DNA of 64,000 nucleotides from Eledone cirrhosa (lineage: Eukaryota), in contig OZ024754.1 of the NCBI GenBank assembly GCA_964016885.1, positions 43,710,001-43,774,000 on the forward strand. Direction: 5' to 3'. Below, in pieces: positions 1 to 16,518 of this stretch. Below the pieces are notes generated by a model, which was given only the letters and a program-made list of their open reading frames with translations, did not search any database and was not told the origin of the DNA. Numbering within the stretch: the first letter of the stretch is position 1; every line of letters starts with the position of its first letter. The translations under genes and the position numbers were made by a program.

Positions 1-562
1 ATTCTATTTTATTTGGGTGGCGGATATTACTGCTAATTCCAGCAGATCGAGCAATCACGTGGAATCTCGACGTTGGTTTGGTTATCAAAGAGTAAATTAG
101 GCAGACATTTTGTTGTTGGTGTTGTTGTTGTTATTGTTGTTGTTTTTCTTTCATTTTCTGTCTATTTTAAAAGAGATCCACCCCTCCACACCTCCAACAC
201 ATCTTCACTACTCACCGTGCCTTATCTCTCCTACCACGGGAGATGTCTTGGACAAAAAAACGAAACAACTTTTTATCCCCCCACCCCCACACCCACCCCG
301 CCACACCCACCCTATATATTTTCTTTCCTTTGGAAGTTTATCAGTGAAAGGGACCAAGCCTACATTGTTGTTGTTGGTATTGTTGTTGTTGTGGTGGTGG
401 TGGTGGTTGTTTGTTGTTGTTGGTATTGTTGTTGTGGTGGTGGTGGTGGTTGTTTGTTGTTGTTGGTATTGTTGTTGTTTGTTGTTGTTCTTCTTTTTCT
501 TTTTCTTAACCTTGATCTTCTTATAGTTGTTACTACTACTTTTTATTAGTTTTTAACGCACA

Positions 563-3063
<2,501 letters not shown>

Positions 3064-3382
3064 CAGTTAAATCATCGCAGCGAGAGCCAATGGCGGACAT
3101 CTGCAAGTACAATACTACACCGTATGTATTTATACAGTTGTGTTAAAGTCTAAAACAGTGTCAATTGAAATCCATGAAACATACACTACCATATCTCTAA
3201 TAAGTTTCTGGGACTCTGTTATTTTTCGCTATCAGTTAATCTAGACATTCTGAGATGCCTTCCTAAGCTGCTCTGGGGCCGCCATTACTGCTTAAACCTA
3301 TCTACTATAGTCCTATATAACTAGACATCGTAACACAGAGACCAACATACAGACAGACGTATATATATATATATGTGTGTAA

Positions 3383-3466
<84 letters not shown>

Positions 3467-3556
3467 GAGCGTGTGTATAGATGAATATATATGAATATAT
3501 ATATATATATGTGTGTGTGCGCGCGTATGTGTGTGTGTGTAGATGAATATATATGA

Positions 3557-3587
<31 letters not shown>

Positions 3588-3758
3588 CGCGCGTATGTGT
3601 GTGTGTGTAGATGAATATATATGTATATATATACATATATATGTTTATATATATATATATATACGTCCATACACATACATATGTGTGTGTTTGTGTGAAT
3701 ATATGGCTTACGCACATGACTTACGTATCCTTCGTAGTAAAGAATTCATCACAAATAT

Positions 3759-3812
<54 letters not shown>

Positions 3813-3813
3813 G

Positions 3814-3844
<31 letters not shown>

Positions 3845-4037
3845 GCGCACACGTAGTGAGGTTGAGGTTCTGTAGTTAGGCTCAGGATAAAATCAGTAAA
3901 ATGTATACGATAGTTTTAATACCTCCATTTGTGAGTGACGGTAGATAGTAACAATAGTTTATCTGAAAGTAAATGTAATATTATAGTGTTGTATTGTAAA
4001 CATACTTTCTACTTTCATTTATAATTAGGAAGCTAAG

Positions 4038-4243
4038 ATGTTGGATTAGAAAAGTCGGTAGAGCGTCCAACAACATGCTTAGCACTATTTCTTCCGGTTC
4101 TGAGTTCAAATCCAGTCGAGGTCAATGTTTTGTCTTTCATCTCCTACCGAGGGTTGATAAAATAGAGTACCAGTAATGTACTGGGGACGATATAATCTCA
4201 ATTCTCCTCCTCCATAGGTTGCTGGTCTTATACCTAAATTATT
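4038..4243 (+). mobile_element. Diverged tRNA-derived Nin/Deu-domain SINE
   Basis: gagttcaaatcc B-box; tttcatc..gaggg.tgataaaatagagtaccagt core. Confidence 0.8.
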
Positions 4244-4371
4244 TATGTATCTACACATGTTTGAAGTTTCGTCGCTCTACGTCGCTCTACTAGAATCAAT
4301 AACCAAATACAATTGTGTTGTACAGGTTCACAACTCTCGGCAGCAAAGACAATTTTGTATGCAATTACCCC

Positions 4372-4922
4372 TAACCTTTTTCATACCAAAAATCCTAAAA
4401 CCGCCCCAAGTTCTGAGGTTCTGAGTTCGATTCCTGGACCGGGCAATGCGTTATGTCCTTGAGCAAGAAACTTTATTTCTTCTACCTGGAGTTGCGACCG
4501 ATAGATAGTAGTAGCAACTGGAAAGACCGATGAAAACATTGTTTCCTCGATCCGATTTGACGAAAGTCGATCAATCCTATATTGTAACTATCTAAAAACC
4601 TTCCCTCATAATTTTATGTAAGAACCTTTGTTAAGTTATGTTCCAAACGCCAACTAAATCCCTCCAAATTCTTATTTCCAAAATAATTGGAAATCATAGA
4701 CAGTCTCTTTCATTAGAAATATAGTAACGAAAGAATTAAAGTATTGATATTGATCTTAAAACGTTCTAGCATAATTTTACATTAGAACGTTTATATTCCA
4801 AACTTAATATTGATAAAAAATGGTTATTTTACTAAATCCCTCTAAATACTTAATTATTTTCAAGATATTTGAAAATAATAGCCTATGACTTTCGTTAGGA
4901 ATATGATAATGAAAGGGTTAAA
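4372..4922. mobile_element. Decayed MITE-like element with AACCCTTT...AAAGGGTTAA-type ends (piggyBac-like), interrupted by a SINE piece
   Basis: Left end taacctttttcatacc, right end gaaagggttaa; internal ~180-bp imperfect duplication; related end at 17575-17615. Confidence 0.4.
4412..4575 (+). mobile_element. Meta-domain-type SINE fragment
   Basis: gagttcgattcc B-box followed by gttatgtccttgagcaagaaactttatttc; aligns with 8900-9075. Confidence 0.75.
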
Positions 4923-5112
4923 TTGTTTATATTTATCTTTAAAAAAAAACTTACATCATAATTTTATGTGTTTCGCTGATCAACGGCCATATTGGAGTAC
5001 AGCCTCCAAAGGTTGACCTGAGTATATCTATCCCAATACTATTTATTAAGGGGTGTAAATGTGAATGCAGACACATACATACACACATACACATGTACAC
5101 GCATACATACAC

Positions 5113-5170
5113 ACAGTGGCGGACTGGGTAAAAAAATATTGGTTGCCAGGAGATGAAGGGGGCCCACCTA
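5113..5170 (+). mobile_element. hAT-like DNA transposon end
   Basis: Begins CAGTGGCGGACTGG followed by a ggggcccac subterminal motif. Confidence 0.4.
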
Positions 5171-5265
5171 CATATAGAATGTTATCATTTAATTTGTATA
5201 ATGAATAAATAACATTTTCTTGTTATACTTGGGGAGGGTCATATTGTTGTAATAATATTGCCAGA

Positions 5266-5449
5266 AATAATTGTTTCTACTTTAGGCACAAGGCCAGCAA
5301 TTACCCAGTGTATTACTGGTACTTTATTTTATCGACCCCATAAGGATGAAAGGCAAAGTTAACCTCGGCGGGATTTTAACTCAGATCGTAAAGGGACGTA
5401 ACTATGCTAGAAAGCATGTCTAACCCTCTACTAATACTGCCAATTCACC
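5266..5449 (-). mobile_element. Nin/Deu-domain SINE (short form)
   Basis: Reverse complement of the family consensus (tactttattttatcgacccc..aggatgaaaggcaaagttaacctcggcgggat). Confidence 0.9.
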
Positions 5450-5594
5450 AGAACACACTCACTGTGAGTTCAATAACATTTTCGAAAAATACATGTGGAA
5501 ACAAAACAGTGCAATCAAATTTTTGCGGGAAAATATCTCACCTTCCCCAATAAGATATATTATGTATTTTGCGAAATCCAGCGACTTTCAATAA

Positions 5595-6063
5595 TGACCA
5601 GAAGTCGACCCTAAATATTACTAATAACTCTAGGAAAGCCATGAACGTCACCACATCTTTTTAACTTTGATTTTGAAAGTAGGTTTATAATTATCAATTT
5701 TCAGTATTCTTTTGTAGCTGTCTCGGTGGCCTAGCTGGAGGAATCATAGACGGTGGTGATCCTGGTCTGAAGTTCGATCCAGGTCGGGAGTAGGGTTCCC
5801 GGTAAACTTTTTCAGTGTTTTTTCTATGGGTTGTAAAATAAAAACTGAAAAAGTCTACATGCATTTCTTGACCAGGATTGAACTCAAGACCAGGATCTCC
5901 ACCATCTGTAGTACCTACCGTTGGGCCACAGAGACAACCACGAAATTCTTATGAAAATTCATACTTATAAACCTACTTTCAAAATTTTCAAAACAAAGTG
6001 TTGTGGTGTCGTTCGTGTCTTCCTTAATGTTATTGCTTCTACTTAGGGTCGACTTCTAAGTCA
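5595..6063. mobile_element. Fold-back element: two diverged ~230-bp inverted arms, each with a tRNA-like cassette
   Basis: agaagtcgaccctaa/ttagggtcgacttct, ttttgaaagtaggtttataa/ttataaacctactttcaaaa, gatcctggtct/agaccaggatc; A-box-like gtggcctagctgg and B-box-like agttcgatcc. Confidence 0.7.
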
Positions 6064-6102
6064 TCTCTCTATATATATATATGTATATATATATATAGAG
6101 AG

Positions 6103-6158
6103 AGGAAAATAGTCAGGACCCCCACGGCTAAGCTCCGGCCGTTTCGACAGCTAGATCC

Positions 6159-6159
<1 letters not shown>
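6103..6159 (-). mobile_element. Family A island fragment (3' half of a hammerhead-like motif)
   Basis: Minus strand GAAACGGCCGGAGCTTAGCCGTGGGGGTCC aligns with 9985-10016; lies in TA/GA tracts. Confidence 0.6.
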
Positions 6160-6192
<33 letters not shown>

Positions 6193-6642
6193 CCACATCG
6201 AGATACAATATATGTATACATACATACATACGTACATACATATCGATATCACCATATATACACATATATATATACACACACATTGATATCACCATATATC
6301 TGGGCGACAAAGACTTAATTTCACGGTAGACAGAATTTTTCTAACGGAAGGAACGAATGGGTGGTGGGTGGAGTGGGTGAGACCTTGGGGGTGGGGGTAG
6401 GGGGAGAAAAAAATTAAATAGATAAAAAAGTAAATAAATAGATAAAAACATAAAATAAATAAATGAATAAATAAAAAGCTGGAAAATAATATAAAATGTT
6501 AATTGAATTTTAAATGTTTCGAAAGAACAAGCTGATTACTCCTGCCTTAATTCGTGAAAGTCTCCAGGGAAAATTGATTCTCTAAGTCAGCAAAAGTTAC
6601 CAACCTTGAACCGATGAAAAATCATTTCTCTCTCTCTCTCTC

Positions 6643-6757
<115 letters not shown>

Positions 6758-6830
6758 CTGTCTCTCTCTCTATATATATATATCTCTCTCAGGTGGAAAA
6801 TCAAAGTCTTTCCAGTTGTGACCTTCTCTC

Positions 6831-6885
<55 letters not shown>

Positions 6886-6888
<3 letters not shown>

Positions 6889-7300
6889 ATATTATAAGCT
6901 AATATTTATGCATGTAGATATATGTCAAATAAAGTCGTAATTGACAATATACACAGAAATTGAACGAAGTCTGTGTTACACTCTTTTCAGTAATCAGTAA
7001 AGTAATCCATGATATATTAAAAAATAAACAATATTATATATAAACTGCATATATAATAAACTAAATAACAATGCAAATATATGAACGTTTATATAAGTGA
7101 TGTAATAAGCGTCCATTATAATATAATGGACGCTAACCGGAAGTGTTGACATTTGAAATTTTTAAAGAAGTGAATCTTAAAATAAGCACAACTTTATATA
7201 TAAGAATATTTATGTTTAATGAAGAGCTACGAAATTTAGTAGATAAATTACATAATATTCATTTATTATTTATTCAAATTAATCCAACTTATTTTACTAA
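6886..7300 (-). mobile_element. Possible very old Penelope-like 3' end
   Basis: Frameshifted minus-strand peptides CNLST..LFIKH..KIS..CQH weakly resemble the PLE endonuclease C-terminus; ends in (TA)n; contains a 27-bp palindrome at 7108-7134. Confidence 0.25.
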
Positions 7301-7379
7301 CGGGATAAAAAATTACAAAACGGTCCCGCACTCCTCCCTTTATTATATGGATCTACAATAATCGAAGTGTATTCAACAG

Positions 7380-7499
7380 AATTTGTAATATAATCGCCTT
7401 GTCTCCCCACAGCCCCGGCAGACAGAATAGAGATGGCGTTTCCCTGGAGGACGGCAAGGGAGACGTGCTGGAAAAGCCACTCCAACTCGCGGGGCTCAC
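7380..7499 (-). mobile_element. 3' end of a CRE-like (RLE) non-LTR retrotransposon ORF
   Basis: Translation EPRELEWLFQHVSLAVLQGNAISILS matches the remembered FQRxSxAxQRGNAxxIL C-terminal motif. Confidence 0.7.
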
Positions 7500-7554
7500 A
7501 CCTATATTATAGAGCCTATATTATAGATATATATTTCTAGAACTATGTCGCACT

Positions 7555-7690
7555 CTAAGGTAGTCGAACTGGTAGAGAGGTTAGAGTTTTGGATATTAAT
7601 TCTGGTTCTCTGCGTTCTGAGTCCAAATCATACGATGGACCACTTTGCTTTTAATCCTTTCAGGGTCGATAAAGAAAATAACTAGGCCAG
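7555..7690 (+). mobile_element. Diverged Nin/Deu-domain SINE
   Basis: ctgagtccaaatc..actttgcttttaatcctttcagggtcgataaa. Confidence 0.65.
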
Positions 7691-8067
7691 TGTTGGTGTT
7701 GTCTTCTCTTCTATCAGATGTCACACCCTGGATGCTCCACTAGATCAAGGAGTGGAGGGGAGGATCAACATGGTGTCTATATCTGATTGCGACTACTTGG
7801 ACACCTAAAACCCAGTTGTTCGATCAACTGACCGGTATACTAATGAAATTTGTAAGTGGATGAGTATTTCACAGATGACTTAGTGGTTAGAGCGATGAGC
7901 TTACAATCATGAGTTTGTGAGTTCGACTCTCTTAGAAAAAAAAGGCAAGGTATCAACATACTACCAAGTCTTACTCGATTAGGAGTGACGGCTGAAAAAT
8001 ATCGCTCTATATCTCTTCTGCTATTCAGCATCCAGGAAAAAGCCATTCTAACGATGAATTAATATTA

Positions 8068-8289
8068 GCCGGTGGATTGGCAGTATCGGTAGATGGTCGG
8101 ACGCCAAGCTTTGCAACGTAGAGTTACGGCCCTTTATGATCTGAGTTCAAATCCCGCCGAGGTTAACTTTGCCTTTCATCCTTACGGGGTCGATAAAATA
8201 AAGTACCAGTCACACACTGGGGTCGATTTGATCGACTTTCCCCTCCCCCAAAATTGCTGGCCTTGTGCCTATATAAGAAACCAATATTA
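8068..8289 (+). mobile_element. Full-length Nin/Deu-domain SINE (long form)
   Basis: A-box-like tggcagtatcggt, B-box gagttcaaatccc, core gcctttcatccttacggggtcgataaaataaagtacc, tail gctggccttgtgcc. Confidence 0.92.
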
Positions 8290-8864
8290 GCGGAAAAGTT
8301 GAAGGAAGAGAGAAAAAAATGATTTATAAAGAATGGGTCTTGGGTTGTTGAGTAACTTTATGAAACCAGCTTGCGTGAAATCCTTCAAATCTTTACCACG
8401 TGATTGAGTGGATAATCCAATAAGTCCCTTAAAAGCCTGTGTTAAGTTGTCCAAGTAGCAACAGTAACTGACAGATCTAATAAGACCTGCAGCCGTGGGA
8501 AGGGGAAGGGGTGGGAGTATACTCACTAAATGAAAGAAATGTTTCCATAGTAACGCCAGCTTTGTGTTACGACATAGCAGACATATTTTCAGATTTTCAT
8601 GTCTTTTCTTAATATATATATATTTTCATATTCCGTCAAAATAACACCAGAACACACGGAGAGTCTATCTAACACATATACACACACCACACATAGGTAT
8701 ATGTGTATGTCTGTGTATACACACACACACAGACATACACACATATATATATATATATATGGATGAGTTGCGTAACGTCGAGTGCTTTTCCTACTATTAC
8801 ATCATGCTTCACTATGCGGAATGACCATTTCTATCTAGTGGTGAACGACCAAACTTAAATTATG

Positions 8865-9075
8865 TGTGGCCGAGTCGTAAGCGAATTGGATTCGCAATCG
8901 TGAGGTTGTGAGTTCGATCCCTGGACCAGGTGATGCGTTATGTCCTTGAGCAAGACACTTTATTTCACGTTGCTCCTTCTACCTGGAGTTGCGACCGATA
9001 GATAGTATTAGCAATTGGAAAGACCAGCGGGAACATTGTTTCTTCGGTCCGATTTGATGAAAGTCGATCGACTGA
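8865..9075 (+). mobile_element. tRNA-derived Meta-domain SINE
   Basis: gtggccgagtcgt A-box, gagttcgatccc B-box, tgtccttgagcaagacacttta Meta core. Confidence 0.8.
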
Positions 9076-9082
9076 GTATATA

Positions 9083-9290
9083 AGGTAAAGGTCCCTTAGG
9101 TCACGAAATACTATGGGTTTTGCACCAAGAAAACTCCCCTCTGAACCACAAGACCGGGGCAAAGTTATTTTGTTAAAGACTAGCTGTCACCCATGTATAC
9201 CAGTCTCTCCTCTCTACTATATATGATCTTGTCCAATGGAACGGTAAAGGCCGATACACCGTGGCACCAATAACATCGCAACTCATTTAT
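9083..9290 (-). mobile_element. SINE/RTE-tail-related repeat fragment
   Basis: Resembles the remembered 3' body of an octopus SINE in reverse; not verifiable without a repeat library. Confidence 0.45.
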
Positions 9291-9786
9291 GTGACAAAAG
9301 ACACAACACATCACCGAATCATTGCGGCGCTCCTACGACTCAACCAGTTATTACATATATCTCTAACATACACAAAAACGCGGATCAAGATAAGAATTTA
9401 ACCCTAGGTGTGGCCGGGGGGAACTTTATAATAAACAAGGCCAACATTCAAAGTGAAAGCCTCGACATCAAATGGTAGATTAAATTTTAATTAAAAAATA
9501 CAATTAATCTAACACATACGCACGCACATACACATAAGTACAAACCCGCACACATACACACCCACATACTCATACAGATTGTTATACGCAGATATATGTG
9601 TACGTTTGCGTGAGTGTGCGTTTAAGTGCGTATATTTATATCTGTATATATGTGTTTCAATCTCTTTACACTTCCTCTCCCCCTCTCTTTCTCTCTCTCT
9701 CTTTCTACGGCTATACACACACACACACTTATATACATACATATATCTATATATTCATATATATACATATATATATATTTATATAC

Positions 9787-9823
<37 letters not shown>

Positions 9824-9824
9824 C

Positions 9825-9886
<62 letters not shown>

Positions 9887-9888
<2 letters not shown>

Positions 9889-10043
9889 CGAAGGAAATGT
9901 GGTAAGGAACCAGATGGACCATAACGCACCAAAGTACTCAATACTTAGGGTAGTAGAGTGGGTAGAGTGGGTAATAGGAACGAGTAGGACCCCGACGGCT
10001 GAGCTCAAGCCGTTTCGACGGCTAATTCTGCGGAATTAGCCGT

Positions 10044-10045
<2 letters not shown>
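9887..10045 (-). mobile_element. Family A TA-embedded island (short fold-back, hammerhead 3' half, ACTC/GAGT hairpin)
   Basis: Near-identical to 61999-62194 and 47513-47711; 12-bp inverted arms 10017-10028/10033-10044; (TA)n on both sides. Confidence 0.85.
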
Positions 10046-10125
<80 letters not shown>

Positions 10126-10304
10126 AATATATATATATGTATGTATATATATATATGTATATAAATATATATATATGTATGTATGTATATATATATGTGT
10201 ATATAAATATATATATGTATATATATATGTATATAAATATATATATATGTATGTATATATATATGTGTATATAAATATATATATGTATATATATATGTAT
10301 ATAA

Positions 10305-10392
<88 letters not shown>

Positions 10393-10606
10393 ATATTGAC
10401 GGTGAGCCATAGAAAAGAGCGAGGACCTCCATGTTATAAAAGACCACGTGTCAGCTGTACATGTCACCAAAGATATGTAAAACCATGTCAGCATGAAATT
10501 TATGGCAGACTACAGGGGAAAGAATAATTTTAAACAAATATATAACAGCCCCAAAAATACATCAAAACACACACGCATATATAGATATGTGTATATGTAT
10601 ATATAT

Positions 10607-10847
<241 letters not shown>

Positions 10848-10909
10848 TATATACATTTTTATATATATATACATGTATATATATATATATATATACATAT
10901 ATACACACG

Positions 10910-10961
<52 letters not shown>

Positions 10962-11024
10962 TGTGTACTTATATAGAATTTCATTATGTATATATAATTA
11001 CATGCACATATGTGTATACATATG

Positions 11025-11056
<32 letters not shown>

Positions 11057-11074
11057 AAGAGAGAGAGAGCGAGG

Positions 11075-11109
<35 letters not shown>

Positions 11110-11310
11110 TGAGAGAGAGAGAGAGAGCGAGAGAGAGAGAGAGAGCGAGGGAGAGAGAGAGAGCGAGAGAGAGAGAGAGAGAGGAATGAGACTTACAAAA
11201 GAACGCAAAAGTTCCACATGGTTGACCAGTTTTGTCGTCGGCTTCTAATAAACAATTTGCCTACGCTGGATATAATTGCAAATTAATACGTAGTTTATAC
11301 ATACATACGT

Positions 11311-11398
<88 letters not shown>

Positions 11399-11508
11399 AT
11401 ATATATATTTATATATATATATATCCATATGTGGAAGGAGATAGATATATACACACAACCATTCAAACATATCTGTACACACACATACACACACACACAC
11501 ACACATAC

Positions 11509-11550
<42 letters not shown>

Positions 11551-11925
11551 TGCACATATCTTTAAGAACCGTACTATACGACTACAATTTAAATTCATAG
11601 GTAAATATTATGTAACAGTTCTGTTGACCTACATGTGACATCTAGAAGATAAAGACACTAATTGTAAAACTTCAAATTCCAATGTCGCCAACAAGAGTAA
11701 ATATATTAATAAAAATAAACTACTGCAATCTGTGTAGCTATGAGATATTACAAATGTTAACTCAAACAATAAGTAACTTGAAGAGAAGAACTGAGCTAGT
11801 TAACACGCGTCCTCATGAGAAGAAATTTTACCTCCCTTATTTATTTCTTCTTCTTCTTCTTCTTCTTCTTCTTCTTCTTCTTCACATCATAATCATTGTT
11901 ATTGTTGTTATTGTTGTTGTTATCT

Positions 11926-11995
<70 letters not shown>

Positions 11996-12007
11996 GTTAC
12001 CAATATC

Positions 12008-12205
12008 AGCATTTGGCAGTATCGGTAGAGGGTCTGACGCCATGCTTTGCAGTATAGAGTTACGGGCCTTTATGTTCAGACTTCAAATCCCGCCGAGGTT
12101 AACTTTGCCTTTCATCCTTACGTGGGGGTCAATAAAATAAAGTACCAGTAATACACTGGGATGATTGCTGGCCTTGTGCCAAAAGCAGAAACAATTATTA
12201 TTATT
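12008..12205 (+). mobile_element. Nin/Deu-domain SINE
   Basis: Matches family consensus; (TTA)n tail. Confidence 0.9.
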
Positions 12206-12573
12206 ATTAATAATAATATTTTTTGTTGTGTTGTTATGTTTGATAATTTACTGTTTCAATTTAATGTCTGCCTGTTTACTACACTTTAGGGCATTCATTG
12301 AGAGGCAGACGACTGTGTAAAAAGAGCGCTAATGGCGGATTAATTAACAATACACTGTAAATTGTCCACACAATATGGCTGACGTTCACTTCCTTCCGTG
12401 GTTTATTTCATTGTTATCTTTCATCATTGACATCATCTCTGTCATTATACTTTCTTTATTATTAACATTATCATCATCACCATCATCATCATCATCATCA
12501 CCATCATCATCATTATCATCATCGTCTTCCCGAAACATTATTATTAATATTGTTGTTGTCGTCGTCGTTGTCG

Positions 12574-12637
<64 letters not shown>

Positions 12638-12785
12638 CGTCTTTGCTGTCGTTGAGGCCCACGTGTCCACCGAGCTCAGGTTAGAAGGTGACCTCTCCAG
12701 GAAACACATATTTCCTTTCTCTTTTTTACCAACAACAAAAGGGACGAGGTATATTTAATCATTAGTCCGTTATTTGGATTGAAAA

Positions 12786-12809
12786 AGGAGATTCGGCGTT
12801 ATATATACA

Positions 12810-12874
<65 letters not shown>

Positions 12875-12899
12875 AAGGAGATTCGGCGTTATATATACA

Positions 12900-12969
<70 letters not shown>

Positions 12970-12990
12970 GAGATTCGGCGTTATATATAC

Positions 12991-13036
<46 letters not shown>

Positions 13037-13070
13037 AAGGAGATTCGGCGTTATATATACATATATATAT

Positions 13071-13128
<58 letters not shown>

Positions 13129-13175
13129 GGAGATTCGGCGTTATATATACATATATATATATGTGTGTGTGTGTG
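12786..13175. repeat. Compound tandem repeat [AAGGAGATTCGGCGT-(TA)n-(TG)n] x5
   Basis: Identical 15-mer near 12786, 12875, 12967, 13037 and 13127. Confidence 0.9.
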
Positions 13176-13338
13176 TTTGAGGATGGATTCTTTCTTGCAC
13201 AAACCCTCCCAGGAATCAATCTATCTCGTCTATCTTCTCGTCTCTCATCTCGTCTGTCTTCTCGTCTTGTCTCATCTCGTAGTCGGCCATTAGACAATAC
13301 AACAAAAGGAAACGGCCTAACGTAATATGGTCCTTCAG

Positions 13339-13399
<61 letters not shown>

Positions 13400-13840
13400 C
13401 ACTCATATATATGTACATACACACACACACACACACACTCACACCTATTATGTATTCATGAAATATTTCCATTTTCTTTCCTCTTCACTTCTCCTCCACC
13501 CACACCACCATTACTCTTCGCTCACTCACCAGCGCCATCTATCGGTCTGCTCTGCTGTTTGTTTGAGTCCCCGTGACTTCTTCAACTTCCGGTTCCAAAC
13601 TCACCGATACATCCTATATATCAAGCTTCACTTCTTTCCTTCCTTTGTTCCTCGGGGAGAGAGGATAGAGGATGGGAAGAGGGGGCATCTACCCCCCCCC
13701 CCTCATTTCTTCACCCCGTCATCCCCCTCCCCCTCCCCCCACTACACTATCACACACGCTCTCCTTTTTTTTCTATAAATCTTTTCTTCTTTTAAAACCT
13801 AATATCATTTTTTTTTCTAAGGGATAAAACAGCGCCACGT

Positions 13841-14027
13841 AATTGGCAGTATCAGTAGAGGATGTGACGTCATGCTTTGCAGCATAGAGTTACGGCCCTT
13901 TACGATCTGAGTTCAAATCACGCCGAGGTTAGCTTTGCCTTTCATCCTTACGAGGTCGATAAAATAAAGTACCAGTAATACACTGGGGTAATTGCTGGCC
14001 TTGTGCCAAAAGTAGAAACAATTATTG
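13841..14027 (+). mobile_element. Nin/Deu-domain SINE
   Basis: Matches family consensus. Confidence 0.9.
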
Positions 14028-14611
14028 TTTGATATAAAACTCACGAAAGAAGAAGAAGAGGAAGAGGAAGAAGAAGAAGAAGAAGAAGAAGAAGAAGAAG
14101 AAGAAGAAGAAGAAGAGAAGGAAGTGGAGGCTGATGACTTAACGACAGACGTGTGGACAAGAGAGTTTTTTTACGAGACCGTGAAATAGAGATGGAGACG
14201 GACTGTGGCTTTTATTACAATGACAGTGATGCTGATGATGATGGTGATGATGGTGATGGTGATGGTGATGGTGATGGTGATGGTGGTGGTGGTGATGATG
14301 GTGATGGTGGTGAGGGTGATAGTGGTGATGGTGGTGGTGGTGGTGGTGGTGATGGTGGTGGTGGTGATGATGGTGAGAGAAGGAGGGGTGAGAGAAGGGA
14401 GGGAGGAAGGGCGGAGAGAAGGAAGGAAAGAGAGAAGGAGGGAGGAAGAGAGGGGGAGAGAAGGAAGGTATCCCCACACTGGAGAATTGGTTCAAATGTT
14501 TGCAACTGTGTAGACTTCCCTTAAAACACCAAAGGATCAGGTGGTGGTTTTAAACCAGGTGATTCGGATTGAGCGTGAAACTCAAATATATATATATATA
14601 TATATATATGT

Positions 14612-14771
14612 ACGTTATTCCGGGTTGAATCGGAGGTAACCACAGTAAGTAAGGTACTCAATACATAGCAGAGTATAACAGTTTTAATATAGATGAGATT
14701 CTACAGGACTAGAACTGTTTCATATGAATGAAACAGTTCTAGTCCTGTAGAATCTCATCTATATTAAAACT
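14612..14771 (-). mobile_element. Family B TA-embedded island with a perfect 44-bp fold-back
   Basis: Arms 14680-14723/14728-14771; homologous to 45319-45445, 45490-45593 and 35331-35385. Confidence 0.85.
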
Positions 14772-14812
14772 ATATATATATATGTATATATATGTATATA
14801 TATATATATATA

Positions 14813-14858
14813 TAGCCGTCGAAACGGCTTGAGCTCAGCTGTCGGGGTCTTACTGGTT

Positions 14859-14860
<2 letters not shown>
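14813..14860 (+). mobile_element. Family A fragment between (TA)n tracts
   Basis: tagccgtcGAAACggcttgagctcagctGTCggggtc. Confidence 0.8.
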
Positions 14861-14917
<57 letters not shown>

Positions 14918-14921
<4 letters not shown>

Positions 14922-15052
14922 AAAAATTGAACGGGAACAAAACAGAGAGGCAGTACGAACAAAGGTTTGTTAGTTTCACGCTCTTGAGAGTGGGATATAT
15001 ATATATATTTATTTGAGAGTGGGATATATATATTTATTTGAGAGTGGGATAT
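14918..15052 (-). mobile_element. Family E TA-embedded island with a triplicated 5' end
   Basis: Reverse complement of 61877-61956; ttgagagtgggata repeated 3 times. Confidence 0.7.
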
Positions 15053-15156
15053 ATATATATATTTGGCTCTGTTTAACTGCATTGAGCTATACCTTTTACT
15101 GTCATTTCTATAATACGAAGAGGGTGTTTGACTCCAACACGCTCCAGTATTCTAAT

Positions 15157-15211
<55 letters not shown>

Positions 15212-15363
15212 AAAGTTAAACAAGGTTCAATGAATAAATCAAAGAATGAGTTTTCACTTCAATTTATTATAAATTTATAAATTTTATAAATATAAAAATT
15301 ATATATTATCGGTTTCAACACACGTTTTCAGATAAAGAATCTTGCTAAACAAATTCAGAAACG

Positions 15364-15441
<78 letters not shown>

Positions 15442-15442
<1 letters not shown>

Positions 15443-15489
15443 AACGGCCGGAGTTCAACCTCCAGAGTCCTGACCCTTTCTTTCCCTGT
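15442..15489 (+). mobile_element. Diverged family A fragment
   Basis: aaacggccggagttcaacc..gtcctgac aligns with the reverse complement of 6103-6145. Confidence 0.5.
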
Positions 15490-15629
15490 ATATATATGTG
15501 TGTGGGTGGGTGTGTGTGTATAAATGTATGCATGCATATACATATGTGTGTGTATGTGTGTGCGTGGATATATATGTGTGTGTCTGCATGTATATATATG
15601 TGTGTGTATGTGTGTGCATGTGTGTGTGC

Positions 15630-15673
<44 letters not shown>

Positions 15674-15816
15674 CTGTGCGTGTCTGCGTGTATATATATA
15701 TATATATATATATTTATGTTTATATATATATATATGTCTGTGTCTGCGTGTATATATATATATGTGTGTGTGTGTGTGTATGTGCCTGCGTGTATATATA
15801 TGTATGTGTCTACGTA

Positions 15817-15847
<31 letters not shown>

Positions 15848-15879
15848 TGTGTGTGTGTGTGTGTGCCTGTGTCTACGTG

Positions 15880-15912
<33 letters not shown>

Positions 15913-16051
15913 ATGTATATTTATAAAGTCAGTTTCGACACGATATCAGCCCCCCTCCCCCCACACACCTTCTATAAACTCTCCCAAAGTCGAAATGAAA
16001 GGAAAACAACGGCAGAGTCTATTTTGTAAGATTATATTACCTTTCATCTCC

Positions 16052-16142
<91 letters not shown>

Positions 16143-16207
16143 CTGTATGTGTAGATAGGGATACATTGATACATAGATAGGGATAAATATATATACACAT
16201 TATACAC

Positions 16208-16276
<69 letters not shown>

Positions 16277-16435
16277 ACTTTGAATTTAGTACTTTTAAGG
16301 TTATGTTTGCATTTTAACGTGGTTATATTTTTTACTGATGCGAGCATCTGATAATACACACACATACACACACATCTACACACACGCACACACATCTACA
16401 CGCACACATCTACACATCTACACACACACACACAC

Positions 16436-16518
<83 letters not shown>

